From: Saprospiraceae bacterium
GTDB lineage: Bacteria > Bacteroidota > Bacteroidia > Chitinophagales > Saprospiraceae
Length of the DNA stretch: 64,000 nucleotides
Assembly (NCBI GenBank): GCA_016715245.1
Contig: JADKAS010000006.1
Coordinates: 20,870 to 84,869, forward strand
Direction of reading: 5' to 3'
Shown here: in pieces, positions 10,201 to 19,200 of the stretch
Layout of the letters: each line of letters opens with the position of its first letter
Position numbering within the stretch: position 1 is the first letter of the stretch
Position numbers and translations under genes: made by a program
The notes under the pieces: model-generated
The model's database searches: none
What the model was told of the DNA's origin: nothing
Seen by the model: only the letters and a program-made list of their open reading frames with translations

Positions 10201-13200
10201 GCATGTAATAATAGTGAAACAACCAATACTGCAGATGATTTTATCACTTTTGATTTAATTGTGACAGGTGGCGGCGGCAACAGTTCTATGAGTATTACTA
10301 CAACTCCGGGTACCCCTACCCCAAATTCAGCTCTTGCTTATAATGTAACTCATTCCATCACTATGCAGCCTGGTTCTGCGGGAGGTGGAAATATAATATT
10401 GTTGGCAACAGATGATAACAACAGTGATTGTTACACAACCATGATCACAGATCCGGGTACCTGTTCAAACATCGATTTCACTGTCAGTATTTCTGACCCG
10501 TGCGTTTGTAATAATGATGCCACACCAGCTCAGAATGACGGTACTTTTGATGAACAGATAACAGTTTTAGGCCCTGCTGGAGAAACCATTACAGGTACTT
10601 GTACAGGTTGTTCGCCCACTGCTTTGACATTTACTGAAACTTCACCGGGTGTATATGAGAGTAATATATTCACACATATTGATAATTTGGGTTACAATGT
10701 TAGCATAACTGCTGGTAATTCTCAGTTAAATATCGGCAATAAATGCGCTTACCCAAATGTTGCCATAGACCCTATAGGCCCTCTTTGTAATAATGGAAAT
10801 CCTGTTGCTTTGACAGCAGTGATAACCGGAGATGACGGAAGTGGAGGATATACCTGGTCTGGAACAGGTGTCAGTGGAAGTTCATTTGATCCTTTCAATC
10901 TGGCAGCAAACAATTACACCATTACCTTAAATTATGACGGCGTTGACCTAGGAAATGTGTCTCCTGACGGAGGTATAACACCGGCTTTTCCGGGATGTAT
11001 TCAGGTTGCCACAGGTTCAGTGACAGTATTGGATTCTGTTGCCATAACTCAGCCACCTAATCAAACTTTATGTGCGAATACATCAACAAACCCGGTTAAT
11101 TTTATGTCTGCTCCTTCCAATGTAAAATATAGTTGGACGAATGACAATACAGCCATTGGACTCGCAGCAAGCGGGATGGGCAATATCCCATCGTTTATAG
11201 CTACTAATCCCGGAAGCACACCCATTACGGCTAATATTACGGTAACGGCAATGGTGATGGACACTTTTAACTTTACCGGACAAGTTCAACAATATATTGT
11301 TCCTCCAGGTGTCACCTCTATCGAAATTGAGACCTGGGGAGCCCAAGGCGCCAATGGCACCGTTGGTAATGCACCCGGCAATGGTGGATTAGGAGGCTAT
11401 TCAAAAGGCACATTGGCCGTTACACCGGGAGAGACCCTATACCTTAATGTCGGTGGACAAAATGGGTTTAATGGAGGTGGTCCTGCCGGCATCCATATTG
11501 GAACAGGAGCACAAACTTTTCCCGGAAATGGTGGAGGTGGTTCAGACATTCGTCAAGGTGGAGCTGCTTTGGCAAATAGAGTTCTAGTCGCCGCAGGTGG
11601 TGGTGGTGGTGGTGCCGCAAATAATAATAGTTGTACAAGTAATGCACAAAGAAACGGAGCAGTCGGAGGTGGACTTACAGGAGCTGATGGTGCTGGCAGC
11701 GCAAATGAGTGTACTCTTCCAGCAGCAGGTGGAGGAATGGGAGCCAATCAGGTTAATGGTGGAATTGGAGGAACTTTTACCTTTAACTGTAATAACAATA
11801 CACTGCCAGGTTTTGCAGGACTTTTAGGCCAGGGGGGTGCAGGCGGTAACGGAGGAAATAACGGCTGTTTTCCCAACTCGCAAGGTGGTCCCGGCGGCGG
11901 TGGCGGCGGTGGTTATTTCGGCGGCGGCGGCGGCGGTGCAGGTTTTGGCGGCGGCGGTGGTAGTGGATCCGGCGGCGGCGGCGGCGGTGGATCATCTTAC
12001 ATTGGTGGGGTTACCAACGGCATGACTACTTCCGGAATCAAATCCGGAAATGGAAGAATTGTTATTAATCCGGGATTGTACGCAGATTGTATGCCTTCAC
12101 CAAAAACATTTACTATTACCGTAAATCCTTTGCCTGATCCTCCTGTTATTCCTAATATCACCGTTTGTCAGGGTGGTAGTACTTTGATTGTAGCTGGTAC
12201 CATCACAACACCAACAGGTCCACCGGTGTCCGTAACCTATAATTTTGAAGGGGACAATCCGGCCTCAACCACGACTAATAATATGTTTGCAACAGGAAAT
12301 AATGCCGTTATAGGTACAGGTGTCTCCACTTTGACATTCCCTCAAGGATGCGGTTCACTGGATGCGATGTCAGCAAACAACTGGTCTCAACCTACTGAAG
12401 TTGCCGCGGTGGCTAACAATGACTATTTTGAATTTGTGGTCAACAACACTTCAGCAGTAAACACCCTGGTGATTAATGGGTTTTCATTTTCTGGAAGAAT
12501 TTCAACAACCGGGCCAACCAATTGGGCATTGTACCAAGGTACTACAGCTATAGGATTTTTTGGCACTACGACATCGGCGTCAACCCCTACTCCATGTGGT
12601 AATTATACTACAAATACATTAAACTTAGTCGTCGCTCCAGCTTCAAATGCAATAATAAGAATTTATGCCTGGGGTAATACACCAGCACAGAGTACAGGAA
12701 CGTTCAGAATTGACGATGTAGTGGTTTCCGGTACTTCCAACCCTCCTTCCAACAATTTCAAATTTTATAATGTAGACCCAACCGGAGGTATGGCCACCCC
12801 AATATTTACTGGATCTCAATATGACCCAATGACTACTCCGGCTACCTCACCTCAATCCATTTGGGTTACAGAATGTTCTGCAGCCGGATGTGAAAGTCTG
12901 CCTACACGGGTGATTGTAACTGTATCCGCAAATCCAACCATAACCATACCTACCATCAACCCCTTATGCGCACCCAATTTTTTCAATATAAACAACTTCA
13001 ATTTTAATCCAAATCCACCAGGAGGAACTTTTTCATACCATAATACACTTTCAGATGCCCAAATGGATATCAACCCAATTACAAGCGGGTTAAATAACAT
13101 AAATACAACAAGGACAATTTATGTAAGATATGAACTGGCAAACAATTGTTTTACTGTGGGTACACTGCAATTTATTGTGCATCCCATGCCTCCACCACCT

Positions 13201-16200
13201 GTTGTTCCAGCCACGGTAAGTACATGCGCAGGAGAAAGCCCACTGATAAAAGTTAATATAGATAATTACCCTGTTGAATATTTATGGAATTTTGAGGGCA
13301 ACATAACTGGAAATGGTATTTCTTCCCAACCTACCATTGCAGGAAATGGTCCGGTGCAAAGTGCCGGTGCTGGTCTGAATAGTGTTGGTTTTCAAGTAGC
13401 CGGATCCGGTTGTGGTGATGCCATAACTTCTGCAGGTTATGAAGCGGGAAATATCACCCTTGCTGCAGCCGTGGCATCTCAGGAGTATTTTGAATTCTGT
13501 GTAGGCTCAGCTTTGCCAGGTATTATATATGCAGGAGTAAATGGTATTACCATCAGGCATAGAGCTTCCGGCACAGGACCTATAAACTGGGCAGTGGTTG
13601 CCTCCAACAATCTAACGACGCCTCTGGCTTCCGGTATAGTAGGTACTGGTTGTACACTTCATACAGGAGCTTTTGCTTTAAATACGGCTACTTGTTACAG
13701 AGTGTATTACTGGGGAGCAACCAGCTTAAGTGGCACCCTGAGAATCGACGAATTCAGAGTCGCTGCTAATTACCAAAATAACGCCACTTACCGGTTTTAT
13801 ACCGTTAATCCAACAACAAATCCAAATGCGACACCAGTGTTTACAGGTGTTTGCTATCAAACAAACCTGACCGTTCAAAATGGTCCAACCACCTATTGGG
13901 TTACATGTCAGAATCCGGTTACAGGTTGTGTGAGTAATCCGTCAAATGTCATAGCGCAGGTATTTCCTGACCCTGTCGTAACTGTTTTTAATTCATGCGC
14001 TGGTGGAAGTACCGTTACATTTCAGGTATCCGGCGCTACAAGTGGCACATGGGGTGTTTCCGGAGGTGGTACGATCAACCCCACCACAGGTGTGTTTACA
14101 CCCACCACAGCTGGATGTTTTACAGCCACATACTTAGCCCCGGGAAATTGTGATGATACCAAAAGTTTTGTAGTCTTTCCTTCTGCCCCTGCGGCGCCAA
14201 TGATAAGCAACACTTGTAACACATCATTCGTAGTTCCTGTGCTTCAACCCTTTGGAGGATTTACTGCACAGTATAGCTTTAATGGTGGAAATACCTGGGG
14301 TACTTCCAATACTTCACCAACAACACCTGGTTGTTATCAGGTAGTTACAAGATATATTTTAACCAATACCTGCGGAACAACTTTAGCAGGGTCTGTTGGT
14401 CCGGCTGCTTGTCAACAAAGCGGTATCAGAGAAGTTGTTATATTTCCTGCAGCTCCACCGGCACCGGTTATTTCAAATACATGTAATACTGCCATTACCA
14501 TACCTGTTTTAACAGCTGTTACCGGATTCAGACCGGAATATAGTTTTGACGGAGGTATGACATGGTCAACCAACAATGTATCTTCCACGACCCCAGGATG
14601 TTATGCGACAAGAAGCAGGTATGTACTCGCAGCAGCATGTGGAACTCCTTATCCGGTAGGAACTACGGCGCCTCCGGCTTGTCTGCAAAGTCCTGTTACC
14701 AATGCCGTTATTTATCCGGCAGCCCCGGTTATTACAATGCCTCCGGCAACTTGTATGACAAACTTTGTATTGCCAACAGTGACTCCGGTGCCTAACTTTA
14801 CCATAGAATACAGCATTAATGGAAGTTCGTTTACTTCAACCCCAATGAGTACTATGGCTCCGGGCTGTTATACCATTATAACAAGATATGTATTAACCAC
14901 TACATGCGGAGCAACACTAGCAGGATCACCAGGGCCTGTGGCTTGTGCGCAAAGCAATACAGTGATTGCCAATGTTTTACCTATACCAGATGTTTTGGAT
15001 CAACCGGACATACTCGTGTGTAATCTTGAACTTATAAGCCCTCTACCTTTTATAAGTACTGTAGCAGTACCGACCTGTCTGGGAACGAGTATAGAATATT
15101 TTTGGACAAATAGTAATCCTGATATTGGATTACCTGCTTCCGGCATGGGTAATATTCCACCTTTTACGGCTCAAAACCCAGGTTTAGCAATTATAACCGT
15201 CACACCAAGGATTACCTTAAATGGAGTTATCTGTGAAGGTACATCCATTTCATTCAATATTGTTGTTCATCAGCCTATCGCTTTGGCGTGTAATAACGGA
15301 CTCAACATTAGTGTTGACAGAAATTGTGGTATCAAGGCCTTTGTAGACATGTTTTTAGAAGGAACTTACAATGACTATTTTTATAGTGTTCGGTTTTTTG
15401 CTTACACTGGCGTTGAAATTGATATTAACGACATACATTTATTTTTGGGTACACGACTTCAATATGAGATAATTGACAATTGTAATGGAAACAGATGTTG
15501 GGGATATGTAACTTTTGAAGACAAATACCCACCGGTTATAATTTGCCCGGATTTCGAAGTAAATTGTATAGAGGAACCAAATCTTTACCTTCCAATCAAT
15601 TCACCTGATTTTATTGGTTATCCTGAAATTCAGGACAACTGTAGTGGAGCAGAAGAAAACCTTAACATGTCTTATCTGGAAACAGGAAATACTTGTAATA
15701 AGGTAATTATCAGAAGATGGCAGACTTCTGACCAAAGTGGCAACCTCTCTAATGAGTGTTTACAAACGATTAGGGTGAGGCCATTATCATTTTCGGAAAT
15801 ATTTATTCCAAATCCATTGGTTTTTCTTGAGTGTAAAACAGCTACAGACCCTGCATCTATCGTTGCTGCAACAGGTGATGTAAGAGACGGATATGCATTT
15901 GTATTGATTGACGGAGAGCCTCTTCCTTTGACAGGTCAGGTTTGTAACATCGTTGGATCTTATACTGACTTACCAATTGAAGCATGTGGACCTCACTGCC
16001 ACGGTAATATAAAAGTAATCAGAACATGGCAATTTATTGACTGGTGTCAGGGAATCGTGTCTCAGCCGGTTACTCAGTTGATCAAATCTGCTGACCTTGA
16101 GGCTCCAACTTTCATTCTGAAAGATACCATCGTAAGTACTTCACCTTGGTATTGTGCTGCTGATTTTGATCTTCCAAGACCTTGGGAACTTCATGACAAT

Positions 16201-19200
16201 TGTGATATCAACCCTACATATTATGTAAGTGGTCCTGGTATTGTTACGATCACAGGAAATCAAGTTGACGGATACAGAGCAAAAGGTGCTCCTAAAGGAC
16301 AACATATTTTCTGTTATACAGCTGAAGACTGTTGTGGTAATATTTCTACTCAGTGTATGATTGTTACCGTAGTTGACAAAACACCTCCGGTACCTTCCAC
16401 CAAACAAAATATCGTTCTTGGTTTAGTATCAGGTGGACCTGGTCAGGATGAAGGCAATGCTAAATTGTTTACTCACCACGTGGACAACTATTCTTATGAT
16501 ATGTGTTCAGCGGTAAGACTTGAAATCAGAAGACCTGCAGGTGCGCCTCAGTGTAACAATGATGGTAGAATTGACCCTGTTACAGGAAAGCCTTACAACA
16601 ACAACGTAACTTTCAACGACAACAAACCTAGATTACATCAGGATGACAACATTGATGATACAGATAATGGAGAGTTTGTTAAATTCTGTTGTGAGGATTT
16701 AAAAACAGGTGTTGACATCGACGGTGACGGCGAAGTTAATATCGGATACCATGAAGTTATTTTGAGAGTATGGGATGATGGAGATATGAATGCTCAATGG
16801 GGAAGTGCAGGTGACAACTACAACGAAAGCTGGGCTTACGTTAAAGTTGAAGACAAAGCTCCACCGGTAATTCAGTGTCCACCAAACATGACTATTCACT
16901 GTGACTGGGCTATTACGTACAGTTCTGACTTAGGTAGTGGTGCACAATCTACAGAAGGCGTTGACTTTACAAAAACAGGTCTACCTGTTGCATACGGAAC
17001 TTGTGGTCCACGTCCAATCACATTCAGAGACAATACAGGTCAGTTGAACCAGTGTAAATTAGGAAACGTAACAAGAGATTTCTTTGTAACGCCTGCAAAA
17101 GCTGGAGTAGATCCACCTTCTTGCAGACAAGTCATCACTATTTTACCAAGTACTTCTACGCAACCATGGATAGTCACTCCACCGAGTGCAGCTCCTGTGG
17201 CTATTACATGCGCTGACCCTACTGCTACAGAGATCAAAGACAACGGGCCTAAGTGGGTCAACGGACCTTGTGATGTCATCGGAGAAAACATCAAAGTTCA
17301 CAAATTTTTATTTGAAGATGGTGTTTGTATAAAATGGAGAGTTGAGTATAACTATATTAATTGGTGTTATCCTGAAGGTCATCCTGACCATGCTAGAGGA
17401 CCATACTTCAAAGACTTTATGTTCTTCGACAATAATAAGCCTGTAATCGATAATTGTGATCCTTTAATGTTTGGTGTAGATGCCAACTGCGAACACAGAT
17501 TGGTATTGACTAACAAAGCCACAGACACAGGTGGATGTAATGGTGATAACGGATGGTTGAAATGGCAGGTATTCATCGACTTATGGGCTGATGGATCAGA
17601 TGACTGGGAATTCTCAAGTTTCTTACCTGTAGGCAACGACGAGGCCAATGCAGCTAACGGAAACCTTGCTGCTATCAGAGATGATAACAATAACGGAATT
17701 CCTGATATCTATGTAGCTCCAACGGCCGAAAATGGCATTATTACGATTACCGTTCCTGAAATCATTGTTGGCAAAATGAGTAACCACAAAGTAAGCTGGA
17801 AAGTAACAGACGGATGTCACAACCACACTACTTGTCACCAACCAGTAATGGTAGTGGACAAAAAACCACCTACCCCTTACTGTCTGAGCTTAAGCACAGC
17901 ATTGATGGCTGATCCTGACGGAACAGGACCATTGAGACCAATGGTAGAATTGTGGGCTATTGACTTCAACGTAGGATCATTTGACAACTGTACACCACAG
18001 GAAGACTTGTTGTTTACATTCAATAACTGGGCACCTCAGGTTACAGATACTATTATCGATGGAAGAACAGTAAATATTGACGTTCCTCACTATTTTGATG
18101 TAAATGGTGCAGTATGGCCATATCCTACTACTAATGCAGATGTATTGTCAAGATATAATAGAGGTGATTTACAATTGTGGTTACCTAATCTTAGAAGTTC
18201 TGCAAGAGTTTGGACTGAGTCTGTCATGGCAGGAGAAAGAAAAATAGAACTTCCCGTAATGATGAGCGTATGGGATAAAAAATTCGAAGTTGATTTCTGT
18301 ATGGTTAATTTGACAATCATTTGTAATACATGTCCAATTGAAGGCAGTTCCAGAATTAGTGGTACCGTCACTACCGAGGAAGGTAAAGGAGTGGCTAATG
18401 TTGAAATAAGATTGACAACAACCGGAAATCCTTCCAACACCTCAGAAATGACCGATGTAAATGGTTATTATTCTATTCAGAATATTCAGGCTTCCTCAGG
18501 ATTACTTTATCCTTATAAGAATACAGAACATGGAAACGGAGTCAGCACCCTGGATCTTGTGCTCATTCAAAGGCATATATTGGGCATTCAGAAATTTGAA
18601 AGTCCTTATAAAATTATGGCAGCAGATGTCAATAATGATACTAAAATCAATACCGTTGATTTGGTAGAACTCAGAAAAGTTATTTTGGGCGCTTCACCTG
18701 TTTTCACCAATAAGAGCTGGAGATTTGTAGATGCCAAGGTTACCATGGATATGAATAGCGTCTTTCCTTTCTATGAGACGGTGAATGTCAATATCAACAC
18801 GGCAACGATGGACAATATGAATTATATGGCTGTTAAGATAGGTGATGTAAACGGAAGTGCATCTACAGATGTAATCAATGCACAGTCAGAAACCAGAACA
18901 GCTTCAAGACTTGATTTGACAGCAGCTGAAAGAAGCGTAGAAGCCGGTGAAACATTTGAAATAGCAGTTACGGCAGCTAACTTTAATGAAATCTTCGGAT
19001 TCCAGTATACAATGAACCTACACGGAGCGAACTTCGTAGATGTAGTTTCTGGTGCTATTGAAGTAACTGAATCAAATGTTGGCGTAATCTCAAGTGATGT
19101 AATCACGATGAGTTATGCAGCAAGAGAAGCAGTTTCTCTAAGAGCTGATGAGGTATTGTTCACCATCGTATTGAAAGCTGACAAAGCTGGTCAATTTAGT

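Noticed and set aside
11884-11990. (GGC)n / (GGT)n tracts as an on/off phase-variation switch
   Set aside because: The repeat unit is a trinucleotide, so slippage keeps the reading frame. At most it changes poly-Gly length.
11553-11995. Minus-strand ORFs encoding Pro/Ala-rich (11553-11747) and Arg-rich RRRRR (11783-11995) peptides, and + strand alternative-frame ORFs 11597-11827 and 11837-12025
   Set aside because: They are the antisense and off-frame shadows of the GGN-codon tract of the glycine-rich domain. GGC/GGT repeats are stop-free in all frames, so long ORFs are expected by composition alone.
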